Shown one piece after another: positions 1-13,205 of a stretch of 64,000 nt of DNA; within the stretch, counting starts at the first letter, position 1, and every line of letters begins with the position of its first letter. The DNA is from Sminthopsis crassicaudata (taxonomy: Eukaryota): contig NC_133620.1 of NCBI RefSeq assembly GCF_048593235.1, positions 444,755,261 through 444,819,260 of the forward strand, in the 5' to 3' direction. The notes under the pieces were generated by a model, which saw only the letters and a list, made by a program, of their open reading frames with translations, searched no databases and was not told the origin of the DNA. Both the position numbers and the translations under genes were made by a program.

Positions 1-129
1 ATGGACGTGAAGGAGTATTCAATCTGACTCTGCTGTGATATCATAACTGCCTAAATTTTACCATTGTAGATTTAGAGTTAGAAGGGTAATTCGAGTTCAA
101 TACTTATGTTACAACAAATCTTATGTTAC

Positions 130-212
130 AGCAAAAAAAAAAAAAAAACGATAAGAATGAAAAGAACAACAAAATAAATAACAACAAAAAAATAACAACA
201 ACAACAACAAAA
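130..212. repeat. Poly(A)/(AAC)n simple repeat
   Basis: Read directly from the sequence. Confidence 0.9.
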
Positions 213-2093
213 TGTGTTCCAAAGGCACAATAGTAGTCAGAAGCAGAAATCCTGGATATGTTTTCAGATCTGCTGACTCCACATCCATATTCACAGAAAA
301 TGCTAAATTTGCAGGAACCACAATTAGTTCTTCAAGAGCACTCATGGACAATGTTTCTGCAAATTGTGGTCATGAGCCAATCAATGAAATGCGGATTCCA
401 TTCCTTTGTCTGCTTTGTTGTGTGATGCTTCTAATCTGTATCATGTTATCACAAATTTCTTTTTCAGAATATAAAAGATTATGACTCTGATTATCTCATA
501 TTATCATCTTCGCAAATAATCTTATGAAGTAGGCAGAATTGGTATTCTTATGTCTCATCTGTTTAGGAGACTCACCTAGAGAAGAGAAAGGTTAAGAAGA
601 CCTGAGTCCTAATCCCAGGCCTGAGACTTAGCTCTGTGATCTTTCACTTCACAGGGCTCCTAGCCAACACTCTAACCAGATCATTGATAGACTAGTTGCT
701 CTATAATTACCAGTTCTTGTGGGATGGCTTTTCCAAATTTTAATAGCCAGGAAGTGATATGTTCAGGACTCAACCTTAGGACTTCTGACTGTAGGCAGGA
801 TTTGATTAAATTAAATAGGACATTCTTTCGGGAGAAGAAGTAATATGAGAATGAAGGAGGGTACATATAAAACAATGACTACAACTATGGGGCATTTTTA
901 AGTATACAACTATTGTAGATATCAGTACATGATGTTTTGTCCAGTGGAAATGAAATTCATGTTAAAGAAAATAAGATGTATTCGGAAAACAGTGATGGGT
1001 GAGAATATAGTTTTATTCTTTAATGAAGTGGTAGAGTAGGACAGGCATCTCCTTCAATTGTCTGAAAATTGTTTGAGAGAAAACTTTTTTATCTGGATCT
1101 GGAGTCAGCAGATCCCGGACCTGATCCAGGATCTGCCTCTCTTTACTGGCATTAACAGATTAAGCAAGGTCTCTCTCTTTAGCCTCCAGTATCTTTTCTT
1201 GTATGAGGAGGGTGTTGCACTTTACAATTAATTATCTTTCTAGTCCTAAATCTACACTCTTAAGACTCAGATGATTATGATGTCCGAGTAGTAAGATGTT
1301 TATGCTGTACAGTCATTCAAACCAAAAGCCACCCTCACTCTCCTTCCTAGTTGGTTTTGCATTTGTTTCATCATTCTCTGCTACTCTCTTTATTACTTTC
1401 CCACAGTTCCATTATCACACCACCACACACACATTTATTCTCTCTCTGTCCATCCCATTCTTTCTCCCAGGAGGAAACTGCCCTGGGGAACAAAACCTCA
1501 GCCCTTGCACAGCCTTGCATTCCCTGGGTTTTTTGTTGAGTTTCCAGTTTCCACTATGACACGTGCAGCTTCTTGTGGTATATGATGTAAGACATCGCTC
1601 TAACCCTGATTTCTCTCTGGCTGGTTTTCATGTTTCCCAGTAGTCTGGGTCACATACAGAATGCTGACCCAAGTGCATGATTTCTTTGGGTTTGCTCAAC
1701 ACCCTGCATTCATCTTCACTTGCTTGTTTTTTGATGAACAAAGTCTGGAGAAGAGCGAATGAAATGAGTGAAGCAATTTTAATGAAAAGAAATTCAAATG
1801 ACTCCATCCTTGCAATAAGTGACCGTTCCAGCAGAAGACTGAAAATGAAGCCTGTTTCCCACCTTTTGATGGAGAGGTAATAGACTAGAAATGCTACATG
1901 AGACAGACATTTTCACCTATGGTAAATACTTTTCTTTTCTTTGATTATACATTATATAAATGAGGACTTTGTTGAAACAACTGACAACAATGCAAAAACA
2001 GGAGAAAGGAAAGAACAATAATGAAGATTGAGGGGAGAAAATAATGTCTAGAAGGCGAGACAAACAAGGGAATTGATTTCCCATTGTGATAAA

Positions 2094-2250
2094 TGCTTTT
2101 TTTTTCTTAATTTTATGATCATAACATTTTTTGACAGTACATATGCAGAGGCAATTTTTTACATTATCCCTTGTACTCCCTTCTGTTCCGAATTTTCCCC
2201 TCCTTCCCTCCACCCCTTCCCCTAGAGGGCAGGCATTCCCATACATATTA
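2094..2250 (-). mobile_element. 5'-truncated L1 3' end
   Basis: Poly(T) plus an L1 tail matching the one at 13550-13700; 14-bp TSD cccattgtgataaa at 2080-2093 and 2251-2264; empty site in the paralogous units. Confidence 0.85.
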
Positions 2251-4099
2251 CCCATTGTGATAAACTCAATACATACCTAAAAATATCAAACTATATTCAG
2301 AAGATCACAAATTCATATGCCTTCCTCTTTTTGGTTCTTTATATGTTGAACGTTCGTATTTGTTGATATTTAAATGTTCAGAATAAAAATAAATTAATGA
2401 ATAATGTGAGAATTGAGGCAATTTGGGAGAAACTCTAACAGAAATTTGGATATCACTTTCTTATGGTCAGTGGTTGGGTTTACTGAACCTAACTTTGACT
2501 TAAGTTGGATTTGGACTGTGGCTATTCTCTGGGCTCACAACTTCCTCTTCCTTTCTGTGCTGAGAGTCATGAATCAATCTTCCTCTTTCTTTCTTAGTGA
2601 CCTACTACCTAAAGTGAGTCACATGGGACATAGAGGGATCAAGGGAATATAGAGATCCAATATGAGAATATAGAGATCCAATATGGGAATGCCACAGGAG
2701 TATGTCCTCAAAAGGCAGAGAATCAAAGGTTCAGTGCTGCAGTAAAGTCATAGAAACATCTTATTTAGATTTTCACTAGCCCACTTGAGCTCTGGGAGAT
2801 GAAGGGAAAAGAGAAGGGAAGAGGGTCTCACCACACACTCCTGACATAAGAAAAAAGAGAGAAGGGGAATCCAGCCTGGACTTTACATTCCCTCTTGTCA
2901 ACAACAACAAAAAAGAAGACATCTTTTTCCTTGAATGAGATAGAAACAAGGATCCCACTCACATGTAATTGAGATCAGATTCTTTGGGTGCCTTGAACTT
3001 TGTGCAGAAGTGATGTGGTGTAATGTTAAAAGGCTGAACTTAAAGTCAGGTCCAAATCCTGCCTCTAATACTGACTAGCGTGATCCTGAGCAATTAGCCA
3101 ATCAACCCAGTCTTTAGACACTGACCCTTCTCTTTCCTTATCTTTTACATTCCCTGAGCTTTGCTGAACCTGTTCTCCTTCATTTTAAAATCTTTTTTTT
3201 CTATAGATGATGACAAGAGACATTCAGAAATGAATTATATAAAATATTCATTGACAAAAATAAAATTAAATTGTCAAAGGGAGACCAAGAGAAGCATAGA
3301 TGGGTCTTTAGATTTTTCTCATTTTTTCTCCCCTGGGACCATTTTGAGACCCACATAACTCTTAGGGATAGAACAGGCTCAATTCATTTTCATTCCCTGT
3401 GGAGGCCATTCCAGACTAATCTGAGAGAGTAGAAATTATTCTGGAATTTAAAGTGTAGAGCAGTATTAGAATTCAATCTTGGACACTTCCTGGTGGGGAA
3501 AAAAATCAATGAATCTTTCAGAGCCTCAATTTTGTCATCTGTCTAATGGAGATAATAATAGTCCTGTCTATATCAAAGGACTGTTGAGGAAAAAAGTCAA
3601 TTCCATGTAGACTTCAAAGTCCCCTAAGAATTGGAGTTCTGGACTGCAGAAGCAAGGATTTGGAGCTGAAGGACCTTAAAGGACGTGAAGCCCACCATGA
3701 ATGAATTTTCCTTCCTGTCAAATCCTCCAAGGCACAGAGCTTTCCATAGAAACTTCTTCCCAATAAAAATCATGGTTGATGGAGCTCTTCTCTTTTCCCC
3801 ACTGACCATTCCTAGTTCCTTTATATCATCTTCTTGGAATTCTAGGCACTTAATGTTTTTTATTGCCTTCCTCTAGACAATCTCCAGCTTCCCAATGTTC
3901 TCTGTGTGACCCTATCAGATCAGAAAAATAGGAATATTACAGCTCTATTCCTGGAAGCTTATATCTTAATATGGAATAATCTGGCATTTGGGAGTCAACC
4001 TGCTGGCCCTAGGTAAGATGTTAGTTCACTCAACCCACAGAGCAATCACAGGATTCTTGTTGTTCAATGATGCTGTATATATTCCAAGAAAAGTATAGC

Positions 4100-5040
4100 A
4101 GTGTCCAAAATTTATAAAGAAATAAGGGAGATGGAATAGGATAAGATGAGATAAAGACAGATGTATAAATTAATGGGAATGGGATAAGGTGTGTAAATTA
4201 ATAGGAAAGGGAAAAAGCAAGAGACTAAGGGAAGCATAGGATAAGATGGGGTGCAGAAAGGTGTTGAGATTTACAGGAGGGAAATAAGATGGGTGGGTTA
4301 ATGGGAATGGGATAAAGAAGGAGAAATGGGGGAAAAAATAAAGGAGGGATCCACAGAGGTTTGGGGGACTAGGTTAAGTAAGAACAATGCAAGCTAACAG
4401 GTAGAAGTAAAGTAGAAGAGATAACAGGGATAAGAAATAAGAGACATACACAAACATAACAATGATCAGGAGCAGAATTTATTAGGAAAAAAATAGGGGT
4501 AGTAATCATTGAGCTTAGAAAAAATCAATCATTAAAAAGATTCGGTCAAGAGAGAAATCTACATTATGTGTCAACCATATTAATATTGTTTTAGATTTTT
4601 GTGTACATATGTGTACATGCTTATGTATATATGAGTGTATATGTATAAGTATATAGATATATAGGTGTATGTATGTGTATGTACATATGTATGCATATAT
4701 ACATATATATTATATGTACACATAATATCCGTGTTTAATTATAATTATGGGGAAAGTGAGGAGGAGGAAAGGGGAAAAAAGAATAAAGTAATAAGTATAT
4801 AACAGAATAAAAGAAAACCTACAAGACAGCAAAGAGTTATGAATACAATGTCTTCCATTATGATATTATTATATATGCTTTCTCCAAATGGAAATTTATT
4901 GTTACATATTTTTTCATATTTTGAATACTGCCCAATGTTCTATTAGGCAAATGACAATTTGTTGTTGTTATATTTCTCTCATTTTTTTTTCTATTTTATT
5001 TCTTGTTTTCCATTTCAAATAAATAAATAAACAAGAAAAA
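4100..5040 (+). mobile_element. Probable old LINE 3' fragment with purine-rich and (TA/TG)n low-complexity tracts
   Basis: A-rich tail ending ~5040; absent from the paralogous 3' flanks; family not identified. Confidence 0.45.
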
Positions 5041-5059
5041 AGGTATGGATTTGAAAAGT

Positions 5060-5373
5060 TTTATTCCAAAATCTTTATGCTGCAGATATTCATGGAATCC
5101 AGCAGGTGACTCAAAAGACCCTAAGGAAGAGAGGCCAGGATGCTACTAGAGTTTCCCATGGGGAACAGTTGATTTCCAGAAGTGCAAATAGCAAAAACAA
5201 ATACCCAAAGTGGATACCAAATAAATTACATAAATTAAGTCTCACAGAGAAGAATGAATTAAAATAGGAGAGAACATCTCAGGAAGGCTGGAGTGTGGAG
5301 AGAATGCCTCTAACTGGGGAATTTCTCAGCTTGGTCCATTTTCCTAAGATTCTTTGTCCTTTCTCCCAGGCCC
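5060..5373 (-). promoter_or_regulatory. Copy 1 3'UTR with AU-rich element, stem-loop and poly(A) signal
   Basis: AATAAA at 5065-5060; two ATTTA pentamers at ~5220-5240; hairpin at 5153-5165. Equivalent AATAAA signals at 10861, 15693, 21618, 29308, 35740 and 45066 for copies 2-7. Confidence 0.7.
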
Positions 5374-6529
5374 TCAGTTCAGCTCCAGGTCTTCCACGTA
5401 GCTCTGCACCCAGGCATCGGTGGGATTGGCACACACCTGCAGGCCCCTTTTGGTCAGGAACCTGGGGAAGAAGAGGAAGAGAGATTAGAGATCATGGAAG
5501 GAGAAGTCTTTCCTTCTATTCCCTCCATGTCCAGCACTGACCACGTCCTGAATATCTCTGTACAGCCTTAGGGGACAATCTTTACTTCTAGCAATATATT
5601 TCAGATCCAACTGAGTCAGGTTCTTTCTAAAGACCTGTGCAGTGGGGAATCTCTAAGGAAGTTTCCTCTTGGCATAAAAAACTTGTTGCATCAACTGATG
5701 CAACCCAAAATTTCCAGAGAACCCAACCTTGGCCAGAGACCATGTGGGGGACTACTTTTCCTTGTCACCAGGAGTCACCCAGGTGACCTGGTTCATCCTT
5801 TTGGCCAAGTAGCCCAATGACTTAATTTCCATTTTCCATTCTCTCTTCCTGTATCCCCTCAAGAACTTCCCTGGATAGATACTCACACCACAGCTGGCTG
5901 GGCACACAGGCTGCTGGTCTCATAATAGTCTGTCACAAATTTTCTCTGGATCTGTTGATTGATGTAGGAGAAGCAGCAGGAGGTGGGAGGGTCAGAGCCC
6001 ACTGGAAAGAAAGGGGAGGCAGGAGATTAGTGAGGTCATGATCATACCTTACAATACTTAGCTGCTGACTCCATCCCAGCACACACTCTGTATTAGAGAC
6101 AAGGCCTCCCTGCTATCCTCCAACATCAGGTGTGATTCTCACTGTGCCTGGAAGAGAATCAGAAGAGCGGCTCCCATGCTCACTGTGTAGTGTGGGAGCT
6201 AGAAAGGATCTCACAGAAATACTCAGACAATTCGTGCCCTTTTTGCCCCCTTGCCCTATCTCCATCTAAGACTGAATAAGCAAATAATGTCAAGGGCATG
6301 TTAATACCTTCAAGTCCAAGACATATAAATCCTACTTGATCTTACTCTCCCCTTCCAGGACTCCTCCTTCTCAAGTTAGGATGATTCCTGTGGTTAGAGC
6401 AAGGATCTATCCAGCCCATGACCTCAGCCTGAGCACAGAGCAGGAGGAAGCTCACTTACTTGGTGCAGAAGATGCCAGAGAGCTGAAGGCCACGATGAGG
6501 ATGGAGAGGGCAGCCACAGAGACCTTCAT
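5374..6529 (-). CDS. CCL4: CCL4-like (MIP-1beta family) CC chemokine, copy 1, intact, 90 aa
   Basis: Exons 6529-6460 (70 nt), 6001-5887 (115 nt), 5461-5374 (88 nt), with GT..AG splice sites. Translation [90 protein letters not shown]. The mature part is collinear with human CCL4 (APMGSDPPTACC...DLELN). Paralog, not necessarily the 1:1 ortholog. Confidence 0.95.
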
Positions 6530-6616
6530 GATCCTGAGAGGAGAGAGGAGCTGATGGATCGGGGCACAGGCTGAGAGATTCTGGAGAGCTGTTCTCTGTC
6601 TCATGCTTGGACCCTC

Positions 6617-6870
6617 TTTTTATAGGGGCATCTGGGAGATCCCAGAAAGAAAGAACAGAACAGAAACAGAAATTCCAATGGAGAAGTGATGTCGTGGTAG
6701 GAGATGGAAACTAAAACTGAATCCAGGAAATGTAAGGCTGCTGTCAAAGACTGAGGATCTCACCCCGGGACAGCTTCACTGTGGGGGAAATAGGAGGGGG
6801 GATGAAGAGGGAAAATATCTGCCTGTGGTGGGTGGCAAGGGTGCTAAGGGGGAAGTGGTGAACTTGTGAT
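6617..6870 (-). promoter_or_regulatory. Copy 1 proximal promoter
   Basis: TATAAAAA at 6624-6617; kB-like site variant TGGAATTTCT at 6677-6668; CRE-like variant; TGTGGT and GGGGAAGT motifs at ~6826-6860. Confidence 0.7.
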
Positions 6871-9643
6871 AGCAGCAGAGACAGACGAAACCTATGCAAA
6901 AACAAATAGGAAAGAGCGTTTTGTTGACCCAGAACATGAAAGAATATTCAATCTGACCTTCATACTGTTTTGGTATCATAACTGCCTAGATTTTACCATT
7001 GTAGTTTTAGTTACATGGATAATTCTTTTTCAACACTATTATGTTCCAGAAAAAAAAAAAAGTCTTGTTCCAGAGAGAAGTGACTTGTCCAAGATGACAC
7101 TAGTAGTTAGAAACAGATCCTGGATATATTTCCAGATCTGCTGACTCCACATTTTTGTATTTATAGATAATATCCTATAGGAAGAAACCAACATTATTCC
7201 TTCAAGGGCACTCAGGGAGAATTCTGGTGAAAATCGTGATCTCGACCCAGTCAATGAAATGAGGATTCCATCCCTCTGTCTGCTTTGTTGCATTTGCTTC
7301 AAATTTGTATCACTTTGGCAGTTTAAGGATACAAATTTTATATCACATAAAGGATACACAAGATTATGACACTGATTATCTCACAGTAACCTTATAAAGC
7401 AGGCAGAAATGATATTCTCATCTTTTTAGGAGACTTGAGGTCAGAAATAAGAAGACTGGACTCCTAATCTGATCGAGACTTATCAGTTGTATGATCCTTT
7501 ACCTCACAGGGCTCCCGGTCAACATTTTAATTAAATAATTTGTAAATTAATCGCTCTATATCAAGTTTTGCTGGATGGTTTCTTAAAATTTTAATAACCA
7601 GGAAGTGAAATGTTCAGGACTCAACCTTAGGACTTCTGATTTCAGACAGGATTTGACAAAATTAAACAGTATACTGCCATGGGAGAAGAGGCAATGTACA
7701 TATGAAATAATGACTAGAATTATGGGGCAGTTTTAAGTACATAACAATCATAGATATCAGTAGATGCATTTTATCCAATAAAAATAGAATTTATGTTAAA
7801 GAAGAGAAAAAGTGTAAGGGGAAGATGGAGATGGCAGTGGATATGATACTCTTTAATGTGTTCAGAAGTGGTAGGGTAGATTAGACACTCTTCAAGTGTC
7901 CTGAAATTTGTTAAGATGCAACTTTTCTATCCTGAACTAGAGTCAACAGATCTGGGACCAGATACGGGATCTGCCTCTCACCACTGGAGTCACCAAATAG
8001 AACAAGCCCTTTCTCTGGGCCCCAGTGTTTTTTCTTGCATAAGGAGGGCTGTCCAAGACAACTAATGGTCCTTCAAATCCTAAGTCTACACTCCTAAGAC
8101 CCAGGCAGCTGTGATATCCAAGTGTATGAAGATCATGCTGCTTACTCATTCAAATCAAAAGCCACCCTCACTCTCCTTCCTAACTGGTTTTGCACTTGCT
8201 TCATCACTCTCTGCTGCCATCTCTAGTTTGTTACTTTCCCCCACAGCACCTTGTCCCACCACCACACACACGATTCTCCTCTCTCTGTCCACTCCACTCT
8301 ATCTCCCAGGATGAAATTACACTGAGGAGCCAAACCTCAGCCTTGCACAGCCTTACATTTCCTGGGCTCCTTTTTCAATTTCCAACTTCCACCATGACAC
8401 ATGTAGTTTTTTGTAGTATATGATGTGACATATTGGTCTAAGCTCATTTTTCTCTCTAGCTGCCTTCCAGACCCAACTGCCTGATTTCTTAGGGTTTGCT
8501 AAACACCCTGCATCCATCTTCACTTGCTTCTGTTTCTGAATGAAGTAACCAGAATCTGGAGAAGAACTAGCAAATGAGTGAAATATTTTCAATGAGAACA
8601 AATTCAAATGCCTCTCTCCCTGCAATAAATAGTCTTTCCAGCAGAAGTCTGAAGATGACGGGTGTTTCCCCCTTTTTCTGGGTAGGTGATAAATGACAAA
8701 TACCACATGAGACCAACATTTTGACCTATGATCATCACTTTCCTTTGAGTATATACTGTCTCTTATATATGAAGACTTCTTTGAGGCAAATGACAGCAAT
8801 ACAAAACTAAGAAAAAGAAAGGAAAGAGCAATAATGAAAATTAAGAGGAGAAAAGGAATTTTGGGAAGGGGAGAAAAACAAGGGAAATGATTTACTATGG
8901 TGATAAACTCAACACATTCCTAAAAACACCAGCTGTATAGAGGTCACAGATTCACATACCCTCCTCTTCTCTGTTCTTCATATGTTAAAATGTTTATATT
9001 TTTTGATGTTTTGTTATTCAGAATAAAAATTAATTCATTAATAATATGTGAGAGTCATGACAACTTGAGAGACATTCTGACAAAAATATTCATATTACTT
9101 TATTCTGGTGAATGGATGAGTTTTCAGAACATAACCTTGACTTCAATTAGACTTGGACTGCAATTATTTTCTAGGTTCAGGGCTTTCTCTTCCTCCCTAT
9201 GCTGAGAGTCATGAGTCACTCTCCATTTTTTTCCTCAGTGACCTACTACCCAAACTGAGTCACATAGGACATAGAGAGAGCCAAGGGAGAACAGAGATCC
9301 AATATGGGAATGCCACAAGAGTTTATCTTAAAAAGACAGAGGATCAAAAATTAAGTGCTGCAGTAAAGCTATAGCAACATCTTATTTAGATTTTTAGTAG
9401 AACACTGGAGCTCTGGGAGAGGAAGGAAAGAGAGAAGGGAAGAAGGTATCAGTACACACTCCTGACCCAAGAAAAAAGAAGAGGAATCCACCCTGAGCTT
9501 TAGCATTCCCCTTTGTCTACAGAGAGAAAAAGAACTTCTTTTTCCTTGAATTTTAGAGAAACAAGGCTCTCGCTTACATGCAATTGAGCTCAGATTTTAT
9601 GAGTGCCCTGTCCTTTGTGCAGAAATGATTTGGTCCAATGACC

Positions 9644-10290
9644 CCCTCCTCTAGATGGCAAGTAGTCCAGCATATATTATATATGTTAAAGCCAATATAT
9701 GTAAACATATTTGTACAATTATCTTGCTGAAAAAGAAAGATCATATCAAAAAGGAAAGAAAATGAATAAGAAAACAAAATGCAAATCAATAACAACCAAA
9801 ATAATGAGAACATTATGTTGTGATCCCCTCAGTACCCACAATCCTCTCTGGGTGTAGATGGCTCTCTTCCTCACAAGATCATTGAAACTGCCCTTAATCA
9901 TCTCATTGTTACAGAGTCATGTCTAGCAGAATTGATCATCATAGAGTATTATTGCCGTGTACAGTGATCTCCTGGTTCTGTTCATTTCACTTAACCTCAG
10001 TTCTTTAAGTCTCTTAGGCCTCTCTGAAATCTCCCTACTGATCATTTCTTATAGAGCAATAATATTCCATAACATTCATGTACTATAACTTATTCAGCCA
10101 TTCTCCAATTGATGGGCGTTTACTCAAATTCCAGTTGCTAGCCACTACAAAAAGAGCTGCCACAAACATTTTAGTACCTACAGGTCGCTTTCGCTTCTTT
10201 AAGATCTCATTAGGATACAAGCCCAGTAGAAACACTGCTGGGTCAAAGGGTATACACAGTTTGATAATTTTTTGAGCATAGTTCCAAACT
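9644..10290 (-). mobile_element. L1 fragment (ORF2 end and 3'UTR, older subfamily)
   Basis: Similar to the antisense L1 at 27900-28270; no TSD seen. Confidence 0.8.
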
Positions 10291-11180
10291 GACAGCTAGA
10301 AATCTTAAGAAGTTTTTCCTGTCAGGCCAAATTTAGATCCTAACAAATCACATCCTTTGCCTTTGTTTCTATCCATGAGTCCTAGAGACTCATCTCAATT
10401 TTTCCAATACTTGAAAACTTCCAATACTTGAAAGCAGAAATCATGGCTCTTCTCTTTTCCCCACTGACCGTCCCTAGTTCCTTCTAATCATCCTTTTTTG
10501 ATTCTAGGCACCTGACATCCTTGATTGCTTCCTATAGACAATGTCCAGCTATCTAATGTTCCTCTGAAACTGTGGTTACCAAAGCAGACTAAAGACTCCC
10601 TGAGTGGTCTCATGAGATCAGAGCAATGGCCATATTGCCTCTCTGTTCCTGAAAGCTTACTTCACAGTAGGGATCAGTCTGGGATTTCGGGAGTCAACCT
10701 GTAAGATGGCAGTACATTCAACTCCCAGAGCTATTGCAGAACTCTGGTTGTCCAAGGATGCTACACCAATCTTATGTAAAAAGAGCAAAACCCCTTCACC
10801 TGAACCCTCATCCCCAAATGACATTAAGACTACACCAAAGAGATATGGTTTTGAAAACTTTTTATTCTGAAATCTTCATACTAGAAATGTTCATAGAATG
10901 GAGCAGGGGATCCAAAAGTCTCTCAGGAAGAGAAGCCAGGATGATAATAGAGGGTCTCATGGGGACCAGTTGTCTTCCAGAAATGGAACAATAGAACTAA
11001 TAAATACCGAAAGTCAACACCAAATAAATTCCATAAATTAAGTCTCACAGAGAAGAATGAATTATAATGAGGAAGGTCATCTCAAAAAAACTGGACTTTG
11101 GGGAGAATGCATCTGACTGGGAAAATCCTCAGCTCGGTCCATTTCCCACAAAGATCCCTTGTTTCAGGTCTCTGAGCCCC

Positions 11181-12480
11181 TCAGTTCAGCTCTATTTCTT
11201 CCACATAGCTCTGCACCCAGGCATCAGTGGGATTGGCGCACACCTGCCGGCCCCTTTTGGTCAGGAACCTGGGGAGAAATGGAAGGAGAGATTAGAGACC
11301 ATGGAAGAAGAGGGGTTTCTTTCTATTCCCTCCAGGTCTAGCACTGATCGCTTCCTGCACTTCTCTATAGGGACAGAAAGGACAATCCTCATCTCTAGCA
11401 ATATCTCTCAGACCCTTCTGAGTCAATCCCATTCTCTCTAGAGGCTTGTCCAATGGGAAGTGTCTCAGGAAGCCCCTTTTTGAAATAAAATTCTGTAGCA
11501 TCAGCTGATGGCTCCCCTTTTCCCTAAGTCGTTCCATGGAGAACCCAACCTTAACCAGAGACAACCTGGGGGACTTCTTTTCCTTCACACCAGACATCAC
11601 CTGGGTCACCTGATTCATCTCTTTGACCAAGGAGCCCAATGGTCCCATTTCTTCTTTCTGCCCTCTCCCTGCATCCCCTTGGGATTTCAGTAGATAGATA
11701 CTCACACCACAGCTGGCTGAGAACACAGGCTGCTCGTCTCATAATAGTCTGTCACAATTTTTCTCTGGATCTGTTGCCTGACATAGGAGAAGCAGCAGGA
11801 GGTGGGAGGGTCAGAGCCCACTGGAAAGAGGAGAAGGGAGGCAGGAGATTAGTGAGATCACATGTTCACACCTTCCCTTCCTTAGCTGCAGACTCCATCC
11901 CAGAGACCCTCTCTGTACTAGGCACAAAGGGGATGCAGACTCTCATGTCTCCCTTTCCCGGTTCCCTTCAGTACTAGCTGTGATTATCACTATGCCTGGA
12001 AGAGTATCAAAGAGCGGCTCCCATGCTCACTGTGTACATTTTGGAAAAAAAAATAGTGTGGGAGCTAGACAGAATCTCACAGGTCTGCCCAGACAATTCC
12101 TGCTTTTGGCAAGAAAGCCATTGGCTAGGAACCATATGAGTAATTAGTGGCAGAGCCAGAAGGAGAATTCAGCCAGACACAGAACTCAATCTACTGCCCT
12201 TTCCCCCCCCCCACCATCGTCCTATCTCCATCTAACATTTAAGAAGCAAATAATTCAAGGGCAGGACATTGAAGTCCAAAGCACATAAATCCTACCCTTC
12301 CCTTCCAGGACTCCTCCTTCTCAAATTAGGATGATCCCTGTGGTTAGAGCAAAGATCTATCTAGCCCATGACCTCCCCCTGGGCCCAGAGTCAGGAGGAA
12401 GCTCACTTACTTGGTGCAGAAGATGCCAGAGAGCTGAAGGCCACGATGAGGATGGAGAGGGCAGCCACAGAGACCTTCAT
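11181..12480 (-). CDS. CCL4: CCL4-like CC chemokine, copy 2, intact
   Basis: Exons 12480-12411, 11820-11706, 11268-11181, canonical splice sites. [90 protein letters not shown]. Confidence 0.95.
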
Positions 12481-12565
12481 GATCCTGAGAGGAGAGAGGA
12501 GCTGGTGGATCAGGGCACAGGCTGAGAGTCTAGAGATCTGTTCTCTGTCTCATGCGTGGACCCTC

Positions 12566-12810
12566 TTTTTATAGGGGCATCTGGGAGATCCCAGAAAGAA
12601 AGAACAGAACAGAAATGGAAATTCCAGTGAAGTGATGTCGTGGTAGGAGATGGAAACTAAAACTGAGCCCAGGAAGTATAAGGCTGCTGTCAAGGCCTGA
12701 GGTTCTCACCCCAGGACAGCTTCACTGTGGGGGAAATAGGAGGGGGAATGAAGAGGGAAGATGCCTGCATGTGGTGGGTGACAAGTTGCTAAGGGGGAAG
12801 TGGTGAACTT
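12566..12810 (-). promoter_or_regulatory. Copy 2 proximal promoter
   Basis: TATA 12573-12566; NF-kB-type TGGAATTTCC at 12626-12617; RUNX-like and ETS-like motifs further upstream. Confidence 0.7.
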
Positions 12811-13205
12811 GTGATAGCAGCAGAGACAGATGAAACCTATGCAAAAACAGATAGGAGAGAGAATTTTGTTGACCCAGAACATGAAAGAATATTCAGCCTG
12901 ACCTTCATACTATTTTGATATCATAACTGCCTAAATTTTACCATTGTAGATTTAGAATTAGAAAGATAATTCTTGTTCAACACTCTTATGTTTCAGCAAA
13001 AAGTAATTTAAAAAAAAAAACCTCTTGTTCCAGAAAGAAGTGTCTTGTCTAAGATCACACTAATAGTTAGAAACAGATGTTGGCTATCTTTCCAGATGTG
13101 CTGACTCCACATCTTTGTATTGATAGACAATGCTCCATATGGAGAAAGCTCCATTACTCCTTCAATGGCACTCAGGGAGAATTCTTGTCGAAATGGGGAT
13201 CACAA

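Larger units (their letters stand above)
1..4080 (-). repeat. Duplication-unit remnant: upstream region of a further CCL4-like copy left of the window
   Basis: Bases 1-110 match the sequence ~400 bp upstream of the ATG in other copies (e.g. ~6940-7040, 12890-12990). The later blocks follow the same order as in the other units. Confidence 0.8.

Noticed and set aside
2645-2685. 21-bp tandem duplication (gaatatagagatccaatatg), and the 17-bp duplication at ~10410-10435
   Set aside because: Ordinary slippage products; no regularly spaced repeat-spacer array, and CRISPR is not applicable to this eukaryotic DNA.
6336-6554. Recurrent plus-strand ORFs overlapping exons (MIPVVRA..., MVPFLLS..., MFQASEP...)
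   Set aside because: Antisense shadows of the chemokine exons; frames are not conserved between copies.
8111-8314. Recurrent hydrophobic plus-strand ORF (MISKCMKIMLL...), also at 14838, 24830 and 1296
   Set aside because: Length and frame vary between near-identical units, there is no splice structure and it resembles no known family; it recurs only because the unit is duplicated.
8322-8340. Hairpin CTGAGG-agccaaa-CCTCAG in the upstream module
   Set aside because: Short stem, imperfect in other units, no compensatory changes; consistent with chance.
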